A stretch of 64,000 bases of DNA from Raillietiella orientalis (Eukaryota). A program made the position numbers and the translations under genes. Position 1 is the stretch's first letter. Each line of letters begins with the position of its first letter. Shown in pieces: positions 13,341 to 24,959 of the stretch. The notes beneath the pieces are model-generated. The model was not told the origin of the DNA and made no database searches. It worked only from the letters and a program-made list of their open reading frames with translations. Location: the NCBI GenBank assembly GCA_036172245.1, contig JAYWIR010000038.1:372001-436000 (forward strand), written 5' to 3'.

Positions 13341-14652
13341 GTTCCTCTGGAGCAATGGTGCCGGCAGGCCGTATTCGCGGTATTCCCGCACCTCTCGACG
13401 CCAGGGGAAATGTCAAGGGGGTCTCTGAATCTTCCGGGGGAACTGAAAGGGTCGCGGCCCTAGCAGTGTTCGGGTGAGTTCGACGGGCACATGCGCGGAC
13501 ACGCCTGTTTGCATTGGGGCGGCTTTCGAGCGGATCCCTGCTGCCCGGAGAAGCACGCCCTTGGGCCATGCACGTGGGTGACGCGCCCCCCGTTAGCCCG
13601 AGCTGCTCTCGTGCCGAGGATCCAGGACTGCGTCCACGGCACGCGTGGCGCCGAGACCCGAACTCCCCGGAACGGGCGAGGACTGAGGGGACCGAAGCAG
13701 CAGAACCAGGGTTTTCCCAAAGGCGGGACGCTGCATCTGGATCCGTTCCTGCGAGCGGGAGACCAACCTTCAGAGGCCCCCTGCGTCCCTGAAGCTTTCG
13801 CGGACACCCCGGAGACTGCTCCCAGCAGGAGAGCGTGCAACACAAGCGCGGAAGAGCCGATTTGCCTCCGCGTCCGGCGTCGTCGCCTGTCGCAGCTCCC
13901 CCGCGAGCCTCTTCCGCTCGCCCCGGGCGTCGATGAAACTTCCCAGCATACGGGGCAGCCCGCTCGGGACGACTCCCCTGTCCCCCCATGAAGGATTGCG
14001 GGGCCTCCCGTCCAGCAGGCTGATTCGCCGTGGAGCAAACCTCTAATGAGGGACCACTGACGAAAGTTGCGCTGACCCGCGAGATGGCGCAGCCACCATC
14101 AGGGGGAGGGTGCCTCCCGCAGCGTCGCCTTCCCTTTCTCCGCCCTCCGAGCGCTGACGGAGGGGAGAGTCTCGCCGGACCTCCGGGATCCGCATTTCCG
14201 GGACGCGGCGGGACAAAAATGGTGGTTGCTAGGACGACTGGGTGTCCCTTCCTCCTGACAAGACTCCCCTCCTCTTGCTCGTGCAACCAGAGAGGACCCC
14301 TCCCCTGCTCTACTTCCGGGAAGCCCTCCGGATAGAGGGGAGGAGCCCGCGGAGGGTGCCACTGAGAGGGGCTTCCCTAGAGGGTGACCGAAAAACTTTG
14401 CCGCTATCCCGGGGGCGTCTCGGGCGAAGACGCCCGCATGCGGCAGCAGGGGACTCGCACTTGGCTGCCCGGGACACGTCTTCCGGACTACCGCGGCTCC
14501 CGAGAGCGGTGTGCGAGGTGGAAGCCACTCGTGCATCCACCACCTGCAGCCATCCACGCCCGCAGAGCAAAAAGTTTTGTAGGCTGAGAGGTCACTTCAG
14601 TGTCAGCGAAACAGATGGCAGGGGAAAACATCTCCTGCCACCTTCAGAGTGC

Positions 14653-14745
14653 GTGGCAAATGAGTAAGGGGAAGCACCTCTTCCTGGGACTGTGGCAAAC
14701 GAGTACGGGGAAGCGTCTCCTCTTCCTGGGTGTGGCGAACTAGCA
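14653..14745. repeat. Degenerate ~39-40 bp tandem repeat (about 2.3 units)
   Basis: Units start at 14653, 14692 and 14732: GTGGCAAATGAGTAAGGGGAAGCACCTCTTCCTGGG / GTGGCAAACGAGTACGGGGAAGCGTCTCCTCTTCCTGGG / GTGGCGAAC. Confidence 0.75.
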
Positions 14746-15299
14746 CGATGGCGCGCCTTCTCTCTTTCTTTTTAGGGTGGGGGTGACCCGCCTGCACTTG
14801 GGGGTAGTAGAAAAGCAGGGAGAAGGGTAGGCACGGGTCTTCGGAGTTGCTCATGGCGGTCCGCGGAGGAGTTAGCCTGGGACAGTCCGCCTTCCGCTCC
14901 CGGTCTCCGTCACGTGGTCCACGCGGACTCCGACGCAGCGGCCTGGAGCCTCGAAGGAAATCGCTGCTCCTCTCCCAGCTTCTAGCGGAGCGTGCGGGGG
15001 AGCGGCGGCGTGCCCCGGTGGTCCTCGGGCAGGCCGCCGTCGACGGGAGACTTCGAGAGACGGGGGATTTGCGGAGAGACGCCGGCGAGACCACTGCTAT
15101 CCAGTGGGGGTGGGTAGGTCGCCCTCCCAGTCTGGCAGCCGCCTCTCTTCGCTCTCCAACTGGGTGGAGACCATGCTACCCGGACCGATCTCGGATCGTA
15201 AGGATCCTCTCGGAAATGAATGGACCGCCCAGGAAGATCCCCAGGACGGTCCCATAGGTGCTCCCCTGTCCTCTTCGGTCCCGCTGTGAGGAGGTGAAA

Positions 15300-16320
15300 G
15301 GGGGACTGGACAGGTCTGCTCGGGGGAAGGCGCTGCGCCCGAGGCACCGACCTTCTCCTTCGACCCCTCTCCCACGTCACTGGGGAGAGGAGATGGGAGA
15401 GTCAAGTTGGGTCGTCGCAGGAGCGCTGCGGCGAAAAGGGCACGGGGCAGCCTGCCGAGCCGAAGCCGCCAGGATTGTTGTTTGCGCAATTCCTCCAGAG
15501 AGTCGACCTGCCCCCGGGGAGGGTCGGTCGGGAGAGGGTGGTCAGCTGCTTTCCGCCGGACGAAGGGCGCTTTCGGAGAGAAAGCTCTCTCCGCCCCCCT
15601 CTCGAGACGGTGCTGCAGGAGCAGTGACCCTGGACCAGCGGCGGAAGGTCGCCCCTCCGCAAATCGGTATTTACACTGAGGGGAGTGCGAAGGAGAATCC
15701 CTGCAGGGTAGGCAGGGGACATTCCTTTCTCCCCGCTGGAGTCCGTACCTCAAGGGATACCCCAAGGCGATGCACGGGACCGAGGCGGCGCGGCGCGCGA
15801 ATATCCGAGAAAGTCCACAGGGCCGCGAACCTCGGGGGATGCCTCCTCTCGCGGGGTCGCCACCCGACAGGTTCGGCGGCGGGTTCCCCATGGGCGGATG
15901 TCCTGGACTATCAACCCTCGCCGAACCTCTCACCGGGGAACGGAGGTCGTCTTGAGAAGCACTGCGGCCGGCGGCGAAGAAGCGACCCGATGTCTGCGAC
16001 AGGGGAGCGGCAGGGAAAAGTCGCGTCGAAGAGGAGAGAGGATGAGGGAGGGAAGGCGCTCGATGGAGCAGGAAGTGACATCTACGGCATTCGGCAGGCG
16101 GAGACGCTGGCGCCTGCCTCCAGCGTCCGGGTGCTGAGGGGCTCACCGCTGCCGCCAAGCCGCAGTCACTCGCCCGCGTTGGTCAGCAGCGAGCGTCGAG
16201 GGTTCTAATCCTCCCCGGGAAGGATCGATCCCAAGAACGGGAGGGTGCCCAGCGGGTTCCGGTTGCCTTTGCTTTTGCAAGATAGCGCCGGGCGCCCACG
16301 GACTTCGGACGCTGGTGGGA
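15300..16320 (+). mobile_element. Degenerate LINE ORF1-like segment; inverted paralog near 12200-12330
   Basis: RIVVCAIPPE resembles the Tx1-type ORF1 VxxxNVPP motif. GGGAAGGATCGATCCCAAGAACGGGAGGGTGC (~16217) matches the reverse complement of ~12265-12300 (GGGAAGGATCGACCCCCAGAAAAATGGAGGGTGC). Confidence 0.45.
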
Positions 16321-18229
16321 CTTGCGTTAGCGTCGGCAACCAGCTGACCCCATTGACCGGTCGGGATCGGAAGTTGACCCTTTGGGGTTTTTCAAGGAAT
16401 CACAAAGCCACAAGGTTTCCTTCCATGTGCACAAATGGAACCTCCCTCTTCCACTTCACACCCCCTAACTCGATGGGCGGCCCTCCGTCGCGATCCATGG
16501 AGCTGCTCGAAACCCTTCGGGGGATCCTCTCCAGAGTGCCGGAAGGACGTTGCTCCCTTCGGGGAGTCCTTCAGGAGAGTGACCCCAAGGGGCGTCCTCC
16601 ACGAATCGGGGAGTCCTCCAGAAGACGACCAGGAGGAGGAGAGTTTCCTTCCAAGAGTCAGAGAGGAACAGACTCCTCCCACCGGGGCCTCCCCAGATGA
16701 ATCGGGGTCGCCTTCTGACCGTCGCACGCACCCCATGGTGGCGTGGAAGAGCTCTGCTAGCCTCCCGTTGGCGGCATCTTGGGGACCCTATCGATTCCCC
16801 CCTGAGGAGGCGGACCCAAAAGGATCCCCATCCTTCAGTAATGACGATGTTTCCGGGAAGTCGTCGCTGATCTTTAAAGAAAAAAAAGAAGAAACTCGCA
16901 AACAAAAGAGCTGCCCTCCAGAGGTGCTCATCGGGTGTGGAGGACTCGTCGGGAGGGAAGTCGCCTGCCCGCACCAGTGCAACGAATCTCGGCTTGCGCT
17001 CACCGCTAGGCTCCAGGCCGGAGAAGGTCGCGTCCCGCGTGAAGCCGCACCGCGCCCCGATGCCCTCCGGAAGCCAAGGTCACGGATTTGCCTGCGTGGC
17101 AACGCGCCTCGACCCGGCACCGGGCGAGCCGCTCCCTCCAGAGATGGCGGCAGGAGAGGCGCCTCCCGGGTGTGCGGGGGGCGAGCGGCGGTGGAGGGGC
17201 CCCTCTTTGCCACGACCGCAACCGACGCATCTGGACCGGAGGAGGAGAATCGGTCGCTTGGAGCCACGACGAACCGAACGCCCGGATTCAAGGGGAGGAG
17301 AGGACGGGCGAGGCGGGAGGCAGCGGTGCCACCGAACACCAGCCAGCCCGTGCCGCCGGAACAGGCGCCATCGCCCCCGGAGTGTCGGGGAGGCGCTCCA
17401 AGCACGAAGGACGCAGCGAGCGCATGTCGGAGACCCAGGCTGGGCCCTGATCGGGACAAGGCCCGGACAGCTTTCCCGGCCCCCTCAGGATTTACACGGC
17501 GTGGGATGCTGGGGCGCCGCCTTGACGACGGTGAATGGGGGAGCGTCGCGTCCCCGCTGGCGCCAGAACTGTCACTCCTCGCCCGCGGCGCCAAAGGCGC
17601 TGTGCCGCCTTCGGCAGGCAATGGTCCGATCGTCGGCTCCGAGGAGTTTGAGCGGGGGCGAGTGCCCCTCCAGCTGCTGGTGTCCCTGCAGCGACTCTCT
17701 CCGCCAGAGCTCAGTGGCAGCCGACCCGTTGTGCCCCCCTCCAGCTGCAGGACCGCGCGGGTGGCTGGCGATTCGTTCGCCGAGGGTTTCGGAGGTCGCG
17801 TGCTTACGCCCACCCGCACGCTCGCACCGAGGTGTTACGCACGACGCGATTCCTGCGCGGGCGGGATGAAACGCACCGGGAACCACCGCAGAGGGAGGGG
17901 GGAGGGCCCTACACACGTCCGAAGGGTCACGCAAGACCTCCTTTGGTCACCGGGTCGCCGCCGCGCTCCCAAGGTCCTCATCCTCACGCTCCCGTCCGAG
18001 CGCAACTTCCTTGATCCGACCCTTCCCCCCCGGCGCTTGACCTGCGCGAAAGTCGCCGTCGTGCGGGTCACCTCCTAGGGGAAAATCTCCGCCATGCGTC
18101 GCAGGTCGGTGGAGCAATGCGACCTCTGTCCGCACGCGCCTCCTTGCTGCTGGCGCACTCTCTGCACAATCTATAAATAGCAAAATGGAACGAGGCGGAA
18201 AAAAAAAAAAAGGAAAGTGGAGAAGGATT

Positions 18230-19955
18230 GTACCTTCTTGCTGGAAACCTATCACGATGTTGCGATTTTTTTCATGAAAGTACTCTCTCCAAATCCATCA
18301 CATACAATTCTCCCAGGGTACAGAGGGAGCCACATGCAAGAGTTTTTTGGGGGGGCTTTCGGCTCTTGGCAGTTGGTCCGCTGAGTGCTAAAGAACCACC
18401 TGTCTCTTTCCAGGGGGCTGACAGAGCTCCTGAAGCACCATCCACGCCTTTCGAGGGTGCATGTGACCCTTCACGTCAGGGAATGACCCCGGGGGAGGAC
18501 CACCCTATGGAATCCAGGAAGATTCAGGAGAAAGAAGTCCGCTCCTCTCATGCTTGGGAGGGAATCCCGAACTCCCTTCCCCCTGGTTGTCTCCGGGGGG
18601 TTCCTCCCGTTCGTGGGGGTCGATTTCTTTTCCTAAGGAATCCTCCAGGAGACCAACCGCTTTCTCTGAAGAGAACCCCGAAGGGAGCAGAACGCTTCTT
18701 CCGCTCTGAAGAGACTGCCCCCCGAAGGGTATCATCCAGCCTTGTTAAACGCGACGGAGGGTTCCTACTCGGGGTAGAACGGAAGAAGGTGGCTCCATTT
18801 GCACAACTGGAGGGGAACCACAAGGCTTTATTTAAGGTGGCTTCTTTGGGAGAGTCCACATCCGGTTCTGGCCAGACAAGGGAGGCATCCAGTTACCAAC
18901 GCACAGGCACGTCCCACCCAGTGCTACACCCGAACGAAGCCCGTTCTCCAACCAGCGTTATCCTGCGGGGAGGAGAACCGCCATGGCGCGGAACACCCCA
19001 CTTGCGGGCACCCTGAACACAATACAACAAAATGGGCACGGCGGTGACCTTACAAGATGGCAAGTATCCGGCGAGATCGCGGGAAAATAGAAGCAGCTGG
19101 GATGCTGGACGGTAGCATCAACTGGCTGACACCTCCGCACTCGCCGCCTTCCCCGACGGAGTTCGTCGCCGGGCCGAGCTCCTGGATATTCCTCCTGAAG
19201 AGGCAGAAGTACTTCCAGTGTGTGTGGACAGCTCCACGCTTCCCTTGGAGTGCCGGGACTCGGCATTGCAGCTGCTTCGCAGGGCGATCCCATGCAACGC
19301 ACTGGACAGGGGGGAGTACGGACCCAGACTGTGCCAGGTGCGAGGAACGGGAAACCCTCTCCCCCGCACCGGTTGTCCGATTGTGTCGTTGCCCTCCTGA
19401 GCGTCCGGGAACGCTTCGCTGCGGCCCTCCCACTCCCCGCGGACAATGACGGTGAGGTCTTGCGCCGCCTCTTCGCACGCGACTCGATGTCGCCTGCAGC
19501 TTCCTCCCTTGCAGTTCTGTGATGCATTCGTGGGATGGTGGCGGCGAGAAGCCGCGCCGAAAGCGGCCGGTCGAACGGTAAGGTCATCCCAATCGTCTGC
19601 TCCTTTGTGAGGAAGGCCACATCTCTGGCAACAAGAGGAAGAGGAATTTGCCAACACCCTCCAGGGGATGCTAAAGACCCCAGGAAAAAACCTGTGATCC
19701 CTTCCCTTCCCTCCCAACATTTTTTAAACTCCACTTTTGTGTTTTTCTTGTGTGTGTTTTTGTTTACCCCTTGCCCTGCTCCTCCAGTGTGGACCTCATC
19801 GGGGGAGCTGCTCCCTAGAAGCAGCGCCTCCGAGGCATCTCGTAGTGGTCATGTGAAGCCATCACGAAGGAAGGCATTTTCTTGTACTTGATGTGACTTA
19901 TTTCGTAAATAATTTTTTGTACACTAAACGTTCCGGCGTGAGCGGGTGGAAATAA
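18230..19955 (+). mobile_element. Internally deleted L1/Tx1-like LINE: endonuclease-end relic, C-terminal Zn-binding region, 3' tail
   Basis: GNHKALF (SDH-like) at ~18815; DSALQLLRRAIPCNA / HWTGGSTDPDCARCEE at 19255-19350, homologous to 24380-24480; GTGATCCCTT stop region at 19694; T-rich UTR; ends CGGGTGGAAA at ~19952. Confidence 0.6.
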
Positions 19956-19959
19956 AGGA

Positions 19960-20726
19960 CTGCTACGCTGGGCAGAGCTGCTACATATTCCTCCGGAGGA
20001 GATGCAGTATCTCCCAGAGTTCTGGAACAGTGCCACCCTCCCCTAAAATGGCAGGAGTCGGCGATCCTTCTGTTGCATCGGGGCCTCCCTCCCGCGCAAC
20101 GCCTGCCGGCGCCACTGGACCCGGGGAAGTGCAAGCCCAAAGTGCCGCAGGTGTGGAGAAAGAGTCCCTCCCGCATCTGCTTGTGGGTTGTGTTGCCCTC
20201 CGTCCCTTGTGAGAACGCTTTGCGGCGTTCCTGCGGATTTCCCGAAGGCATTTCCAGAGACGTTATGAAGCGTCCCTTCCTGCGCGACGCCCTCACGCCG
20301 ACTGCACCCTCAGCAGGACTCTGCTGCTCATTCGGGATTATGGCGTCCTGGAGCAGCGCCAGAGGAGGCCAGGACGACAGGGATGCCATCCATTTCTCTG
20401 ATCTTGCACGTTGCTCGCTCCATCTGGGAATTATGAAGTAGGAACTTGCCAGCATCCTGGAGAGGATTCAGAGGACACCCTCCAGCACCCGGTGATCCCT
20501 TTCCAACCCCCCAACCCTCCCCCAAATTTTCTTGTTTATATTTATGCTTTTATGCATTTTTGTTATTGTTTGCCCTCCTTCCCCTAGGCGAACCTCGCCG
20601 ACCTGCGTGCCGGTTCTCGGCAGGTTCCCATGGTTACATCTGTAACGTGGCAGAACCAATGGTCCTGCCACAGACTTGTAAGTTTATTTTTCTATAAATA
20701 AACGCCCTGACTCAACCGGGTGGAAA
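19960..20726 (+). mobile_element. 5'-truncated copy of the same LINE family (ORF2 C-terminus plus complete 3' UTR)
   Basis: 20310-20500 aligns with 24630-24830 (CTCTGCTGCTCATTCGGGATTATGGCGTCCTGGAG vs CTTTGCTGCATCCGTGGGATTGTGGAGGCCTGGAG); GTGATCCCT at 20492, T-rich tract, hairpin 20647-20671, AATAAA at 20697, ends CCGGGTGGAAA. Confidence 0.7.
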
Positions 20727-21859
20727 GGGACCACGTCGGTGGTCCGAGCTGTTGGGTGTGCGCTCTTTGGCGAACTCGTGGTCCCTCCTTAGTGTTGGAA
20801 CACTTCAGTGTTCCCCTTAAGCTGGAGATACACTGTGCTGCTTCTGGGCATCCCAGTGCAATCCAGAAGCTCCAGGGCAGAAACAGCTCTGACATTCCAT
20901 CCCCGGGGGAGCTCCGTCCCCGGACTGTGCCAGGTACGAGTCGGTCGAGTCGAACTCGCGCCTGCTATTGACTGCGGTGACCTCAGCGAACTGTGGCGAA
21001 AGCTGACTGCGGCGCTCCAGCGACAGGAGGATGCCCCTCCCCCCCCCCTCGTAACCTTTTGTGGCGGTTCTTTGCTCGTGGCGGACTGTCGACATGTGCC
21101 CTGACGTCACAACTTCGGGAAGTTCCCGTTTGTTGCGTCCGCACCAAACGGGAACTAAGGGTGATGGGAGGTCACCTTCCCGTGTTTGGCCTTTTCTGCT
21201 TCCTTCTTTCCGTTTCGCTTCCCGCCTATCCTCTTCCCCTTGAGAATGAAATCAGGAGAGGCTTGGGTTGAGGAGGATGCAGAATTATCCTCTTGCCGGC
21301 TTCCAACGTCGACCTTGACTTCGAGCGCGAGATGTCCAGGGATTGCTAGAATGCGCGCGCATGCCCTCTTTGGCCTGCCATCCTCAAGAATTCTTCCCTT
21401 GAACCCCATTTTTTTATGAATGAACCTGGCTTCAGGGCACCTTACATGCGATGCCCCACGCTGACACTCCGTCTGACTTCAGGGATCGCCGAAAACCATC
21501 GACAGTGTGGAGGCTTCACGCCTGGAGACTCGGGCGAGATGCTACACGCTGCGAGTAGGTGACCTCGCGGGTCAACATGATTCAACGGCCTTGGAGAGTG
21601 GACCTCAGAAATGCGTGCGTTTGGGAGCTTCAGAAAAAGGTCTTGCCTATGGCGAGGGAAGAATGGGGAGCTCCCTTTTGCTGCCTGCCTCGTCTATGAG
21701 GGAAGGACAGCCGGAGGAAGACAGGTGGTGCTTGTGACCTTTTCCGTACGCCTCGTGCGTGAATCGTGTGCAGCCCTCGCAAAATGGCACCTGGCCTTCT
21801 TCCTCGCAGTGGATGCAGGTCTCAGAGGAACGTTTTTTTCGTTTGTTTTCTTTCCATTC

Positions 21860-24800
21860 TTGATGGACGTAAATAACCGAGGTTACGCGAACAGAATTCG
21901 GGGAACAGTCTGGAAATGAGCCACACTTCGCGATCAGCGTCGCAACGGGGATCTATTCCCGAACGTATGAGGGTGCACGGGGTGCTCCAGGAGTGCGCAG
22001 GCAAGATTCCCTCCGTGAATTGAGGGACCGCTGTTGCCTCCGCTGCTTCCGTCCTATTCAGAAAAGGTGGGGGTGCACGGCACAGTCCTCATCGCCTTCG
22101 GTGCGAGTCTTCGACCGTCGCTTCCCGATGACGCGGTGGCTCATCCGTGCCCCCAGTTCCTCGCACGGCTTCTCTTGCCTGCAGCACAGCTTCCCTCCGT
22201 CACAACGGTTTCAATCTGAGAGCCTCTGCCGGAACGACCACCTCGCCCGACCCTGCTGTGTAGACGTTTCATTTCTTCTCCTTTCGGAAGGGAATGACAG
22301 GACGTCTCCCATCCCCAGGGAGCGCTCCCGAAAGCCAACGGGCCGGAGCGCAGCGCATCTCTTGGACGAGAGGGAAGAGTCGTCCGCTCGCCCTCTGACC
22401 TTGAAAGACTCTTCTGCGAGGCGGACGCACCTGTGTTTCCACAAAACGCAAACGCACCGCGTATCCCGCGGATGCGTTTGCGTTCCGTGCCTTACGCAGA
22501 GGTCAAATGGAGTGGTGAATGGGGATAATTCTGGGAAGGTAGATGGCTGGTTTGCGATCAACATCCGGGTTGTTTTACAGCCTCAGTGGCGACCTCACTT
22601 TGCTGCGCAGAAATGGCTACCCTGATGGGCGTTTGCATGCTGGCAGAGTCGTGCAGCAACGTGGCGTCCCAGTCCGAGGACCCCGGGAGAGAGAGAACAC
22701 CACGCACGCACGAAAACACTTGCGACAGCGGCCTCGACGATTAACTGAGCGAATCACAGAAACAACTCCAAGAGATGGAGCTCCGACTCGAACCTTTTCC
22801 TCCAGGATGTCCGTGACTGCCCAGCCGTGGGACCGAGCCGAGCGGGAACGCGGACCTGCGTCTGCCTCCTTCGCTTTTAGAGGAAATCGCTCTTCAGAGC
22901 TCGGAAGTGCGGACCGGAGAAGCGCAAGCTCAAGAATAATGGAATGGACATAATAAAAGGCAGAATAATGAAAGGCAGCTGCCTTGGCAACCATCGCAGG
23001 CTGTCGAAAATTTTTCTTGGTATCTGCGAGGATTCCCTTTCAGTGGGCTTCCCACTCTTCCCTACTGCTGTCTTTGAATCCGAAACCCTATGAGTGCTAC
23101 TCCCCCTCTTCCACTCCCGTGAGCCTGCAAGGATGCTGACCATAGAACGGCTGAAGGCCTTCGAGCGAACAGTGCTTCAATACCCGGAAAACCTTACAAC
23201 TTTCCATTCTGCGTATTTCCAGATTTTTTGCAGGTGCATCCCTATTCAGAATCCGATATCGCAGGTACCGGGGATGGATTTGATCCTGAATGCAATACTG
23301 GAGAGTCAAGGGGTCTTCACCATCGAGCAGCTATACTCCCTGTGGCTGCTCTGCCATTGTAGCATAAAAACTTTCATATCGAATTTGATACCTCGAAATG
23401 TCACCACACCAGATTTGGTACGAAATATGAACATGGTATTCTTGTCGCTGCTACATCTCCACTTCGAGAGGAATGAAGAAATGTGGTAAGGCGCCATCAT
23501 CGGTCGGTCGCTCCCTGCCTCCAGAATTAACTCCTGCAATCCGAAAATTCCAAAAAAAAAAATACATCATTGCAAGGAATCGTCTCTTTTCTTCCTCTCT
23601 TCCCCACTGCATCTCAGCTGCTCTCGGAATCCCTCGCACGTCGCTCCGGATGCTCAGTTCCGCGGGCTGCTCATCGTCTCAGGATACTTCCCATCTTGCA
23701 AGGCTTCCGCCATGTCAGGACTACGGACACCGATTCTGGCGTCCGAAGTCCTTCAATCGGGCCCGGAACCTTTGTGTTTCCCAGAAGGCTTTTCGCAAGA
23801 GGTTCTCGATCCGATTTTTTACATCTCCAGGCGGGGAGCAAACAAAAAGCAGGGATTTGAGGGGGGGAGCCACGAACGTGTTCCACAGGACATCCCGTTT
23901 CGCAAGAAAAACTTGCCACGCAGGAACGGCCTGAGCGCCGATTCTTCCTTTTGAAGGCAACTGGACCAGAGTGCTGCTGTGCATAAGTCCCCCAACGGGA
24001 CTCTCAAGTAATTCAGGCATCTGACCGTGGGGATCCCCAAACGGATCCATTCCAGTCGCCCTGCCAACGCCGCATCAACCTGCCCATCTCGCGAGTTGCA
24101 CGTGGGCTGAAACGACCCCCCTAGCTACGGCGATGCCCTTTATGAGAAGGGTGCTTCATAGCAGCCGGATGCCGAGGTGGCAAGTCTCCTGCCGTATCGC
24201 AGGCAGAGAGAAGTTGATGAGCGGTTGGACCATGGGAGAACTGGCGGGCGCCACGATCCCGAGCATCCTACCGCGAGAACTTTTGAAACGGGGCGAGCTG
24301 CTCGGCATCCCGACGGATGATCTGAAGTGGCCCCCAGTGCTGAATGGATCCAGGATTCTCCCCATGAAGTGGCAAGAGTCGGCGCTACTGCTATTGCACT
24401 GGGGTCTACCCTGCAACGCGCACCGCTTCCATTGGACGTGGGGGAGAGTAAACCCTGAGTGTGCCAGGTGCGGGGAGCGGGACTCCCTCCCCCATCTGAT
24501 GGTTGAACTGTCCTGCCCTCTGGCCCCTGTGGGAACGTTTCGGTACGACCCTTGGGATACCGGTTGACGGCAACCCCAGAGACATCTACCGCCTTCTCTT
24601 CGTGCAGGACGCCCTGCAGCCAGCTGCAGCCCTGGCAGCACTTTGCTGCATCCGTGGGATTGTGGAGGCCTGGAGTGAAGCCGAAGATGAAGACGCCAAC
24701 GAAAGCGACGTCATTCCGTATGCTGCTCGCTTCCTGCAGAGAGCTATCGGATGGTCCCAGCTGGGTGGACTAAAGAAGGACCTCGAGGGCATCCTGCAAA

Positions 24801-24950
24801 GCATGGACCCTCCTCCCAGTGGTCAGTGATCCCTTCCTCGCCCTCCAAATTCTTTTTTTTTTGTCCTATTGTTTTATTTTCCCCCATCCTCTTCCACTGC
24901 CGAGGAGAGTCACGCTTTTCTGCGTCCCGGCAGGTCCTGCGAAATGTTGG
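21860..24950 (+). mobile_element. Degenerate L1/Tx1-like LINE ORF2 (endonuclease start to zf-RVT-like C-terminus), RT core apparently missing
   Basis: DVNNRGY (NVRG-like endonuclease start, ~21865); ESALLLLHWGLPCNAHRFHWTWGRVNPECARCGERDSLPHLMVE (CxxC..H, zf-RVT type) at 24376-24510; stop at 24829, then T-rich UTR. May be a mosaic of more than one insertion. Confidence 0.65.
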
Positions 24951-24959
24951 CCGTTAGTG

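Noticed and set aside
12544..14286. 580-aa minus-strand ORF
   Set aside because: R/G/P/S-rich with no recognisable domain, and the paralogous copy at 10.1-10.6 kb does not keep the frame; a shadow ORF of GC-rich repeat.
16435..18078. 547-aa plus-strand ORF and overlapping 310-343 aa ORFs
   Set aside because: Several frames are open at once because of high GC; no domain motifs.
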